Below, piece after piece: positions 8,051 through 15,633 of a stretch of 16,518 bases of DNA. The notes beneath the pieces were generated by a model, which ran no database searches, was not told the origin of the DNA, and saw nothing but the letters and a program-made list of their open reading frames with translations. Source of the DNA: a virus (Duplodnaviria > Heunggongvirae > Uroviricota > Caudoviricetes); the IMG/VR virus record IMGVR_UViG_2563366924_000007. One strand, written 5' to 3'. A program made the translations under genes and the position numbers. Each line of letters begins with the position of its first letter. The stretch's first letter is position 1.

Positions 8051-10186
8051 TTATTCTTCTCCATCTTCCGCAACCTGGTGAAGCACATAAACGTTAATTT
8101 GACGCCCATCAATACGCGGGGATTTCTGCTGGTATCCACGCCCGCTGGACGGCTCAGAAAGCAAGCCAGCAGCGGCAAGCACGCGGGCAAACTGCCTGGC
8201 GTTAAAGCCCTGAGCTATCTCCTTCTCAAACGTTGCGGGGAACGTATAGAACACCAGCGGCGCATCATCATGGCTGCTTTTGCGCTTTCGATACCCGGCC
8301 AAATCGCGAATTGGCATACTGGACGGATCATAGGGCAACGGTGCAAAGCGGCTTAAACCGTAGGCATTCAGGAACGCCTCGCACTGCTCGATGATCTGCT
8401 GGTGCTCTTTGTTACCCGTGCCGAACTCTTTCACCCAGGCGTTAAAGCTATGCTGGATAGCGTCACGGCTGGCCTGTTCACTCCATCCGGTGATTGATGC
8501 ACCAGTTACCAGCGCGGCTTCGAGGATTGCAAAACGTTCAGCCACGCGGTGTACCTGCTCACCGTAGTCAGCCGGGATGAGGCCGCGCCAGCGCGTTTGC
8601 GCGTCACGCACCGCCTGTTTAGCCTCCTGCTGGTTAGCCGCCAGCCATTTAACCCACTCACGCCCCGCCGCCCCGTGGTTATCAATCCAGGCTTCTTTCA
8701 GTGCGTCAGCATGAGCCTTGCCGTTTGGCAGACCGTTAAAAGCCGTCGATTTCTCCATAGGGATGTTGAGCAAGCGCACCAGTTGGCCCGCTTTCACTTT
8801 CAGCCCACCAGCAGCCAGGAAGGTTTCAATATCCATTTCCCCGGTGCTGATCGCCACAGTGCGCCAGCGTTTAAGCTCCCGATTGCCGCCCTCTTTGGCT
8901 CCCTGCAACTTTCCGGCACCGTTAAACAGGGTGTAGGCAGACGTAGCAACATCTTTGGCACTGCTGCCCTGTCCTACCTCATCAAGCGGTAACAGGCTGT
9001 CGTTATGCGCCTCCGCTTCGTTTGCTATGCCAAGCGCAGTACCGTACCAGGTAAGCCGCAACGCATCAGGCTCACCCCACAGGCTGCTCGCAATATTGGC
9101 GGTAGTGGTCTTACCGGCGCTCGACTGCTCGAACAAATGGACGCCGAAACCATCAGCCCCCACCAGGCCAATAAGCGGCGCGGATAATGCCGCTGCCACG
9201 CCCAGCATCATGGACGGATTGCCCCCGGCCAGACGGGCGACGGAATCCCGCCAGGTGGCAGCAGTACCAGCAATGGCATACCCGGAAGATGCAGCGCTGC
9301 GACCGTTAAAGAGAATGGGCGTCTCTGGATCACCAATCACTTCACCATCAGGCATGATATATGCGCCGTGATGCCAGCCAGTGGTATGGGTGATAATCCA
9401 TTCCCGATCAGTGCCGCTTTGCTGCAACCAGTCGGCCAGAATCGCCCGGAATGTGCTTTTAGTGGTCACATTCACCCCACCAGCTTTAAGTGAGCGCCAG
9501 CCGTCGCGCTCACCGATATCAGCACAGGGGATCGCCCTGGTAATATCTTCATGGCCACGCGGCGAACGCCAGCGCAAAACAAGATAGCGCTCTGCCCCGT
9601 CACTACCGGAGCCGACCACCTCAAGAGGCGAGCACAGCCACGTTTCGTTATTGATGATCTCGCCACTATCCTTGTCCACCTTTGGCGTGATCCAGTACAG
9701 GCCATCGCTCCGGCTCTCCACGCGGGGTTTGAGTTCATCGCCCGGTTCAGGCTTTGGCTCCCGTTTTTTTACAGGCAGGTTCACCACAATGCTTTCCCCG
9801 CGTTCGGCCTCTTCTTTGAGACGTGGAAGCCTGCCCGTCCAGTCCTCCTTCGGCTGAGGCTCAAACATGCCATTAAACAGCCTGGCCTCTTTCACATCCG
9901 CCAGCGCCAGTTTGGTTGCGATAGTGCTTATCTGCATTTCGGAAAGTTCGCCAGCGCGGATCACACGAACACTGCGACGGCCGTTATCAACAATGTTTAA
10001 CCGTTCCAGTTCCGCAAGTTGCCTTTTACCCAGATAAACAGGCGGTACATCATCCCATGCCCTTTTACCTTCGCTCTCGATCCAGTGCTGCACATGCGAA
10101 TAGGCATCTTCACCCGCAAAGATAATCGCCTCGGTAAATTTATCTTTCGGCAGGAATTTAATGTTCGGGGCATTCTTCATCTTCAT
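8051..10186 (-). CDS. Replication initiator/helicase-like P-loop NTPase (satellite Rep type)
   Basis: 711 aa; Walker A-like SSAGKTTT and Walker B-like LLPLDEVG; adjacent to iterons; start translationally coupled to the upstream small ORF. Confidence 0.7.
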   Translation of the reverse strand: MKMKNAPNIKFLPKDKFTEAIIFAGEDAYSHVQHWIESEGKRAWDDVPPVYLGKRQLAELERLNIVDNGRRSVRVIRAGELSEMQISTIATKLALADVKEARLFNGMFEPQPKEDWTGRLPRLKEEAERGESIVVNLPVKKREPKPEPGDELKPRVESRSDGLYWITPKVDKDSGEIINNETWLCSPLEVVGSGSDGAERYLVLRWRSPRGHEDITRAIPCADIGERDGWRSLKAGGVNVTTKSTFRAILADWLQQSGTDREWIITHTTGWHHGAYIMPDGEVIGDPETPILFNGRSAASSGYAIAGTAATWRDSVARLAGGNPSMMLGVAAALSAPLIGLVGADGFGVHLFEQSSAGKTTTANIASSLWGEPDALRLTWYGTALGIANEAEAHNDSLLPLDEVGQGSSAKDVATSAYTLFNGAGKLQGAKEGGNRELKRWRTVAISTGEMDIETFLAAGGLKVKAGQLVRLLNIPMEKSTAFNGLPNGKAHADALKEAWIDNHGAAGREWVKWLAANQQEAKQAVRDAQTRWRGLIPADYGEQVHRVAERFAILEAALVTGASITGWSEQASRDAIQHSFNAWVKEFGTGNKEHQQIIEQCEAFLNAYGLSRFAPLPYDPSSMPIRDLAGYRKRKSSHDDAPLVFYTFPATFEKEIAQGFNARQFARVLAAAGLLSEPSSGRGYQQKSPRIDGRQINVYVLHQVAEDGEE

Positions 10187-10551
10187 CAGTGCAACACCTT
10201 ATTGGACATATCCGCGCCCAGGTCTTCATGCAGGTACTCAAGGTGGCAGCTTTTCACTATCTGCAACCCCATTTCGTTAATATCGCCATCGTCGGTAAAG
10301 CAGGTCAGCAGAATATCCCGCAAACGCCTTAACCCCTCATCGCGCCCGAATTCTTCAAAGCAGCCAAAAATCATATATTTCATCAATACGTTTTCAGTTA
10401 CGCGCGGCTCCAGCGTGAAGCGATAGCGGGCCATATACTTATCGCTTTCCACCAGCAAGGTTGCCGAACCGGTTTCCGCTATCTGGTGAGCAATACAGGT
10501 TTCGGTCAGTTTGCGGAACAATGGGCCTATCACTTCAAAAATATCGGTCAT
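10186..10551 (-). CDS. Hypothetical protein (121 aa), coupled to rep
   Basis: ATG at 10551 in an ATGA overlap with the upstream stop; its own stop overlaps the rep start. Confidence 0.5.
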   Translation of the reverse strand: MTDIFEVIGPLFRKLTETCIAHQIAETGSATLLVESDKYMARYRFTLEPRVTENVLMKYMIFGCFEEFGRDEGLRRLRDILLTCFTDDGDINEMGLQIVKSCHLEYLHEDLGADMSNKVLH

Positions 10552-10916
10552 TGCGGGATACCTCCGCTCATCTGAAATTTGCCAAGTAATGGGTGATACC
10601 AGTACGCCGATCCGTATTTACGTTTTGCACTACGCAGCACCAGCCGCGCCGCCTCTCTGAATTTCTCATCAGGAGCCACGAACCCGCCTGATTTTAACCG
10701 TACCAGCATTACCCCTGTGTTTTTCGCCAGTTCTTCGGCCTTCTTGGTTGAAATGCCAAACTCCGCCGCCAGCGTAGTAACCGGACTCATACCCGGGGGG
10801 ATTTCGCCACCCTGGCTATCTGTGAGTGATTTGATCTGCAGCTCGAGGTTCAATACCTTCTCCACCAGCAAATCGAGGCGCTTTTCCAGTTCGTTGAATT
10901 TAACGTTACTGATCAT
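10548..10916 (-). CDS. Putative DNA-binding protein with N-terminal coiled coil (about 122 aa)
   Basis: From the internal ATG (MISNVKFNELEKRLDLLVEKVLNLELQIKSL...) with a helix-turn-helix-like segment TTLAAEFGISTKKAEELAKNTG; this start gives an ATGA overlap with the upstream gene. Confidence 0.45.
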   Translation of the reverse strand: MISNVKFNELEKRLDLLVEKVLNLELQIKSLTDSQGGEIPPGMSPVTTLAAEFGISTKKAEELAKNTGVMLVRLKSGGFVAPDEKFREAARLVLRSAKRKYGSAYWYHPLLGKFQMSGGIPQ

Positions 10917-11221
10917 TTGAACACCCCCTGACGCTGCCTGAGCACGAAACTGGCTGTGCAACTGTTCTGCTCCAGAGCCTTAGCTAACCGGGGAAGATTT
11001 CGCAGCGTGTCACCCAATAACATCATGTCGCGGCGTGCTTTTTCGTTGCTGTATTCCTCACTCAGCGATGCCTCAAGCATCAGGTTTCCAATCAGGGTAA
11101 GGGTATTGCTGACAGCGCGTGCTGCCTCGCTACAGACGTCAGAAACCTCAGATAAATCATCATCAGAATGTCTTCTGAAATCTGGCGCGTGCTTTACAAG
11201 TTGATGGTAAATATCACGCAT
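10913..11221 (-). CDS. Hypothetical protein (102 aa)
   Basis: ATG-initiated ORF within the coupled minus-strand operon; no recognised motif. Confidence 0.45.
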   Translation of the reverse strand: MRDIYHQLVKHAPDFRRHSDDDLSEVSDVCSEAARAVSNTLTLIGNLMLEASLSEEYSNEKARRDMMLLGDTLRNLPRLAKALEQNSCTASFVLRQRQGVFK

Positions 11222-11402
11222 GGGTCACCTCACTTGCCGCTTTTAGTTCACGAACGCGGGACAACGACATGCTGATCAGATCCATCGCAACGCTGTACTC
11301 GGTTTCATCATCAAAATTCATATACAGCGATGTTGAGAGCAACGCTTCCAGGCGGCGCAGTTCATCTTCAATGTCAATTTCCGACCATTTGACCTTACGC
11401 AT
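11214..11402 (-). CDS. Hypothetical small acidic protein (62 aa)
   Basis: ATG at 11402; overlaps the stop of the upstream ORF. Confidence 0.4.
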   Translation of the reverse strand: MRKVKWSEIDIEDELRRLEALLSTSLYMNFDDETEYSVAMDLISMSLSRVRELKAASEVTHA

Positions 11403-11607
11403 GGCGCACCTCCATACTCTGAAATGCGTGGAACGGCAGGCGGGCAGCGAAAACGAGGGTTACGCCGGGCATGGTGTCTCGGGCTTCCTGCTCACTGGAT
11501 GCGTTGACGTAGATTACCAACGGCTTTGCGGTTGGGTATCGCTCAGAGGTGAAGAGAAATCTCCATGTAAATTCCGGGCGAGTTTGGGTAGACTGATTGT
11601 CAGCCAT
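11395..11607 (-). CDS. Hypothetical protein (70 aa), first gene of the replication operon
   Basis: Internal ATG at 11607 (MADNQSTQTRPEFTW...) preceded by GAGGT; the longer track ORF to 12099 runs antisense through the RHH gene and is rejected. Confidence 0.4.
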   Translation of the reverse strand: MADNQSTQTRPEFTWRFLFTSERYPTAKPLVIYVNASSEQEARDTMPGVTLVFAARLPFHAFQSMEVRHA

Positions 11608-11637
11608 AACTGTTACCTCACTTAACGGTTTGGTGAG

Positions 11638-11679
11638 ACGCCTCGGTACTGCTCGAACAGTCCGGGGCGTTGTTTTTTT
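11638..11679 (+). terminator. Strong hairpin plus T-tract in the divergent regulatory region
   Basis: ACGCCTCGG ... CCGGGGCGT stem with an inner ACTG/CAGT stem, followed by TGTTTTTTT on the plus strand. Confidence 0.4.
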
Positions 11680-11700
11680 AGATAGCACCGTGTTAAGGTG

Positions 11701-11737
11701 TGTACCTATTAAAGAAAACATTACGCCAATAGGTACG
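11701..11737. promoter_or_regulatory. Candidate operator: 9-bp perfect inverted repeat just upstream of the RHH gene
   Basis: GTACCTATT (11702-11710) and AATAGGTAC (11729-11737) separated by 18 bp, ending 4 bp before the ATG at 11741. Confidence 0.35.
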
Positions 11738-11740
11738 CAC

Positions 11741-11935
11741 ATGTCAACACCCATTAAACGAGATCGGCAACCAAAAGGAGCCGGGAAAGCACCAGCGTTC
11801 CAGATTCGAATCCCCCCCGAACTTAAAGAGCAATTTGAAAAAGAAGCCCAAGCAGAGAGTGTTAGCCTCGCAAATTGGATGAAGGAATTAGGCCGGGAAG
11901 CCCTCCGAAAGAAAGGTATTGAGCCAAAAGGCTGA
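11741..11935 (+). CDS. Arc/CopG-like ribbon-helix-helix DNA-binding protein (64 aa), candidate repressor
   Basis: MSTPIKRDRQPKGAGKAPAFQIRIPPELKEQFEKEAQAESVSLANWMKELGREAL has a beta-strand plus two-helix RHH pattern; divergent from the replication operon. Confidence 0.5.
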   Translation: MSTPIKRDRQPKGAGKAPAFQIRIPPELKEQFEKEAQAESVSLANWMKELGREALRKKGIEPKG

Positions 11936-12032
11936 ATAAAATCAGCGGGCGCAGAATTGCGCTGGCTCATTCTTTGACCACCAGCATTAACCCTGGTATG
12001 CTTAATCTGTTTCGGTTTTTCGTAGTGACATT

Positions 12033-12060
12033 GGCAGCTCTGCAAAGCTGCCTTTGTTTT
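12033..12060 (+). terminator. Intrinsic terminator after the RHH gene
   Basis: GGCAGCT-ctgcaa-AGCTGCC followed by TTTGTTTT; abuts the ant stop codon on the other strand. Confidence 0.55.
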
Positions 12061-12838
12061 ATTCAGCGTCAGCATTCGGCACCTCCGGCAATACACCACC
12101 AGCGATCAGTCTTTTCGTTAACCACTGCTCACCTTTCCCTGTCAGCATCGTTGTGAATGAGGCTCTTACCTCGCCATTCGTTTCATACGTTCCCTGGCGA
12201 ACGGCAAAATAACCGCTATCGATATAACGCTGCATAGGCAGGTTGTGGCGCTGGCCGCCATTGATGAGAATCCCCTGTTGCCTCATCCAGCCGAATAATT
12301 TGATGGGGCCAAGCCCTACGGCTTTGGCATAGTTTGGAATGGAAATCCCCTTACTGATCTCTGCCACGCGATCAGCAAAATCAACTTTTGGCGCAGCGGC
12401 CACCAGCCGGTTTTCAAGTTCGCTTGCCTTTTCGGCAAGATCAGCGGCAAGGCGCAGGGCTTCCGGTAACGTCTGGGGGATATTAGCGGCGGCTTTTGCC
12501 TGGCGTTCGCAGTTGATGAAGTAGCGGCGTACCTCCCGCCCTTTTTCGTTGCGCTCAACCATTGCCAGCTCTTTACCCATATCAATAGTGATCAGGTAGT
12601 CATGTTCCATCTGCTGCCGAGATTTTGCGCTCGCCCGTTTTGGCGTGCTCAAACTTTCAACAATGATGTAATCGACTCCAGTAGTGAAGCCGTACTGGCT
12701 AATACGCCCTTTAATCCAGTTGGTGAAATCACGCCCAACGCCGAGAAACGCATGGAGTTTTTTTGCACTGACCAGCGATACCGTCACGCCGCCAATATTT
12801 CCGGGGTTAACCGGAACCAGCTCATTTAATTTTTGCAT
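12059..12838 (-). CDS. Phage antirepressor (AntA N-terminal plus KilAC C-terminal domain)
   Basis: N-terminal HDYLITIDMGKELAMVERNEKGREVRRYFINCE and a C-terminal KilAC-like region. Confidence 0.8.
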   Translation of the reverse strand: MQKLNELVPVNPGNIGGVTVSLVSAKKLHAFLGVGRDFTNWIKGRISQYGFTTGVDYIIVESLSTPKRASAKSRQQMEHDYLITIDMGKELAMVERNEKGREVRRYFINCERQAKAAANIPQTLPEALRLAADLAEKASELENRLVAAAPKVDFADRVAEISKGISIPNYAKAVGLGPIKLFGWMRQQGILINGGQRHNLPMQRYIDSGYFAVRQGTYETNGEVRASFTTMLTGKGEQWLTKRLIAGGVLPEVPNADAE

Positions 12839-12846
12839 AGCGCCCC

Positions 12847-13131
12847 CTACGCAGGTTTACGGTTGTAAGGGGTATTGACGTTCTCAACAGCAGGTGGATT
12901 GCGAACCCACCAAAGAACATCTGACAGAAGCCATGCGCAACTATTACGGCCAAAGTGGCAGCGTGGCGGGAATTTACCTTCGTTCTCCATATACCAGCGG
13001 GTGGAACGGGAAAGGCTGGTTATTTCGAAGCATTCACTTTCACGAATACGGCGATCAAACTTAATGCCATATTCTGCGAGAATGGTGCGGCGTTGTTCAG
13101 GTGTTGGCGGGGTAAAAAGAGTATTTGACAT
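12847..13131 (-). CDS. alpA: AlpA-family transcriptional regulator / excisionase-like protein
   Basis: HTH segment ITSLSRSTRWYMENEGKFPPRCHFGRNSCAWLLSDVLWWV; strong GGAGG Shine-Dalgarno before the ATG at 13131. Confidence 0.7.
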   Translation of the reverse strand: MSNTLFTPPTPEQRRTILAEYGIKFDRRIRESECFEITSLSRSTRWYMENEGKFPPRCHFGRNSCAWLLSDVLWWVRNPPAVENVNTPYNRKPA

Positions 13132-13235
13132 GCTTCCTCCACTTCACACATTCAGAAGGACACTTTCCTAACTGTTCTTGTGTTGTGGAGGAATATTGAT
13201 ATCTACATCATCTTACTGATACAGAAGAAAAAAAA

Positions 13236-14042
13236 TCATTTCCTACGCCTATTTTTTTGCTCAATCAACCTCTCCCGGATTTCTCTCTCAAACTTTTCCA
13301 ACGAAAAATTTGCAAGATTTTTTTCGAAAAAAGGCCGAATAGTTTCACAGAGTTTCTTTTCTCCGACTGATAGATCAGGGAAAATCGAACCGGCAATTAC
13401 ACTACTGCTTATCCTGTTTCCTGTAATTTTTTGCCAGCAGAACAGGTCAGCATAGGGGAAGATTCCATAACTTATTATCTTCCTTCTGGCTACTTCCCAA
13501 GAATTTATTGATAGTTCATTATTTGGGTCTGGAATATTTAAGGAATTTCGCCATGATGAAAGCAAAGATGATAAGTCTTCAATTAAAAATTCATCAGGAT
13601 AACGTAAATCCAATTTAACAAAGAAATCATCCCCGAAGTTATCAATCAGATTAATACAGTCCAGCAACCCCAAAGTATCAGCATCATCATATTCATCAAC
13701 TACTTTTTTAGAGTGCATTATTTTGAATATATCGTGACGCTGTAAAGGCTCAATCAGCATTGACGAACCAAGCCGTTTACCTGCATTTGAGTTATCTTCC
13801 TGCATATCGGATTGCACGCAATCAACACCAGCAAAAGCATCCTCACTATATTTTCTGTCAGCTACTGGATTAGACATTATTATTTTTAAATCATCTTCAT
13901 CTATCCATTTCTCATAGTCTGCGACCATATAATGACGCATTAATAACTGATTAAAAAACTCTCTATCATCTAATGATTCAAAAGTTTTATATTTCCCTAT
14001 ATCGAAATACTCCGGCAAATCGCTTTTCTTGTTAATTAACAT
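13236..14042 (-). CDS. Hypothetical protein (268 aa), markedly AT-rich, adjacent to the integrase; candidate cargo gene
   Basis: Clean ORF with a GAGGGTG Shine-Dalgarno-like sequence; by eye far more AT-rich than the flanking integrase and alpA; acidic, no recognised catalytic motif. Confidence 0.6.
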   Translation of the reverse strand: MLINKKSDLPEYFDIGKYKTFESLDDREFFNQLLMRHYMVADYEKWIDEDDLKIIMSNPVADRKYSEDAFAGVDCVQSDMQEDNSNAGKRLGSSMLIEPLQRHDIFKIMHSKKVVDEYDDADTLGLLDCINLIDNFGDDFFVKLDLRYPDEFLIEDLSSLLSSWRNSLNIPDPNNELSINSWEVARRKIISYGIFPYADLFCWQKITGNRISSSVIAGSIFPDLSVGEKKLCETIRPFFEKNLANFSLEKFEREIRERLIEQKNRRRK

Positions 14043-14133
14043 ATCGTCACCCTCAACGCCCCTAATAACTTGCGAGCCAGGCGGGTAGGGTTTCCCGCTT
14101 TTCGGTTGGCCGACCTAGACCCGCAATATCAGT

Positions 14134-15360
14134 TTAATCTCTATTCGCTACAGGTAACAGAACAACATTTTGATGATTACCCGCAAGAAGTTCTAAGCGG
14201 TCATACCACTTGTTCAGCGCGTCCAGCTTCTCCGGCAAGTACAGACTACGGTTATAAATCGCCATAACTCCCGGCATTGAATGGCCCAGCAACTGTTCAA
14301 CAACGTGCGGAGCGATACCCATATTATTCATATGCGTTGCAAGCGTTCGCCGTAGATCATGCAATGTCCAAGGTTCAGAATGCCCCAGTTTTTTATAAAC
14401 ACTACGGCCCCACTGGCTAACCGCTTCGCTATTCTTCACAACCCCAAGAAGGTAGCCGGATGATTTTGTTTCATCGTGGAGCATTTCAATAAATGAACGC
14501 ATCGCCTCCGGAACTGGACGCACAATCTTTTCACCGCCTTTACTATGCGCTTTTGGTACTGTCCACATCCACGCCTCCATATCCCATTCGGCCCACTCTG
14601 ACAATCTGGCCTCCTGGGTGCGGCAACCAAACAAAGTAGTGATCCTGAGCAAGTTTGTGTAGTAAGGCAGAAAAACATCGCCGGACGATATAGCAGCCCA
14701 CAATCCCCCAACCTCTTTATCTTTCAGTACACGATCTTTTTTCGCCTGCTTTTTACCAACATCGGGAATACTCAAATCTTCAAGGGCGGTACTGACGGCG
14801 TAACGGCGAACGCGGCAGAATTTCAGAGCCTGCTTACACATCTGGAATACATAACCAGCAGCAACCGGCGTTTTCTTTTTCATCCTGTCAAAGCAGTCAA
14901 GCCAGTAACGGGTTTCGCAGTCAGCGAGCGCCATTTTCCCAATATAAGGGTAAATGTGTTTGCGCAGCTCCGCTTTATGCCGCTCAACGTTCGCACGGTT
15001 TTCTTCCGCATATTCGCGTATCCAGTATTCGATAGCTTCCTGCACCGTGACCGGTTTAAGCGTTTCCTGAGTAGTTAGCGCCAACTGGTGCTTTGGGTCT
15101 TTACCAGAGGCCAGCCACTGACGACATTTATCACGCGAGGAACGGGCCTCTTTGAGACTCATATCAGGGTAGCGCCCCAGAGTCAGCCGATGCAGCTTCT
15201 GCCCGTCGAGTCGGTAAGTAAACACCCAGCTAATGCCACCAGCTTTCGTTACCTTAGCGCTCAACCCGGCACCATCAGCATAAAACTCAATCTTACTGGC
15301 CGGGATGCCATGTAATCCCTTTAACTTCCTGTCGCTCAGTTTGTTAAGTTCGCCAGCCAT
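14134..15360 (-). CDS. int: Tyrosine site-specific integrase (P4-like)
   Basis: 408 aa with catalytic-domain pattern (R in FGCRTQEARL, HDLRRTLATH, LLGHS, Y in AIYNRSLY) and an N-terminal arm-binding-like region. Confidence 0.9.
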   Translation of the reverse strand: MAGELNKLSDRKLKGLHGIPASKIEFYADGAGLSAKVTKAGGISWVFTYRLDGQKLHRLTLGRYPDMSLKEARSSRDKCRQWLASGKDPKHQLALTTQETLKPVTVQEAIEYWIREYAEENRANVERHKAELRKHIYPYIGKMALADCETRYWLDCFDRMKKKTPVAAGYVFQMCKQALKFCRVRRYAVSTALEDLSIPDVGKKQAKKDRVLKDKEVGGLWAAISSGDVFLPYYTNLLRITTLFGCRTQEARLSEWAEWDMEAWMWTVPKAHSKGGEKIVRPVPEAMRSFIEMLHDETKSSGYLLGVVKNSEAVSQWGRSVYKKLGHSEPWTLHDLRRTLATHMNNMGIAPHVVEQLLGHSMPGVMAIYNRSLYLPEKLDALNKWYDRLELLAGNHQNVVLLPVANRD

Positions 15361-15380
15361 AGACCATCACCCAGCCCAAA

Positions 15381-15403
15381 GTGTTTATACAAATGTTTAT
15401 ACA
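15381..15403. repeat. Tandem direct repeat upstream of int
   Basis: TGTTTATACA at 15381-15390 and 15394-15403, in AT-rich DNA between the int start and the element boundary. Confidence 0.3.
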
Positions 15404-15533
15404 GAATTGCTTGCATAATAGCATAAACAACAAAAAGCACTGGAACAATATACAGTTACATTTTCATTTAACTGATTGATTTTAAATAAAATATAAAAAC
15501 CACCGCAAAGCATGAAAACAGCTAATCTGACAG

Positions 15534-15548
15534 TACGGCATGAACTAA
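15534..15548 (+). other. Probable attachment-site core matching the last codons of fis (right junction)
   Basis: TACGGCATGAACTAA encodes Y-G-M-N-stop, the Fis C-terminus, but an in-frame TGA lies two codons upstream, so only the terminal fragment is present; host-like intergenic DNA and yhdJ follow. Confidence 0.35.
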
Positions 15549-15572
15549 TTCAGGTTAGCTAAATGCTTGATT

Positions 15573-15608
15573 AAAAAGGCGCTACTCGGCATGGGGAAGC
15601 GCCTTTTT
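15573..15608 (+). terminator. Intrinsic terminator upstream of yhdJ (probably the fis terminator)
   Basis: AAAAAGGCGC ... GCGCCTTTTT perfect 10-bp stem with a T-tract. Confidence 0.55.
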
Positions 15609-15633
15609 TATAGGTGTCACAAAGGGAGTGACC

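Larger units (their letters stand above)
1..15533. mobile_element. Integrated satellite/PICI-like element (partial; left end beyond window start), right junction next to yhdJ
   Basis: Contiguous integrase, AlpA/Ant regulators, replication protein with iteron origin, and HK97-type head plus terminase genes, with no tail or lysis genes in the window; chromosomal sequence resumes near 15534. Confidence 0.6.

Noticed and set aside
8549-10000. Several plus-strand ORFs inside the Rep gene
   Set aside because: Antisense to a long coherent ORF with Walker motifs; low-complexity translations.
11395-12099. 234-aa minus-strand ORF spanning the divergent region and the RHH gene
   Set aside because: Runs antisense through the RHH gene and across two hairpins; only its last 70 codons have a credible start and Shine-Dalgarno.
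13180-13260. Long A and T tracts between the AT-rich gene and alpA as a possible terminator
   Set aside because: No convincing stem precedes the T-tracts; more likely an AT-rich promoter or curved-DNA region for alpA.
14043-14133. GC hairpin with T-tract (about 14081-14105) and near-palindrome GGTTGGCCGACC between int and the AT-rich gene
   Set aside because: The T-tract is on the plus strand where no gene ends, the stem is only 5 bp and the palindrome is imperfect; too weak to call.
14070-14267. 65-aa plus-strand ORF overlapping the 3' end of int
   Set aside because: Antisense to the integrase with no translation signals.
15361-15627. Looked for a tRNA or tmRNA gene at the integration junction
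   Set aside because: No cloverleaf-compatible segment or CCA-type 3' end seen; the junction instead matches the end of a protein-coding gene. A proper tRNA scan was not run.
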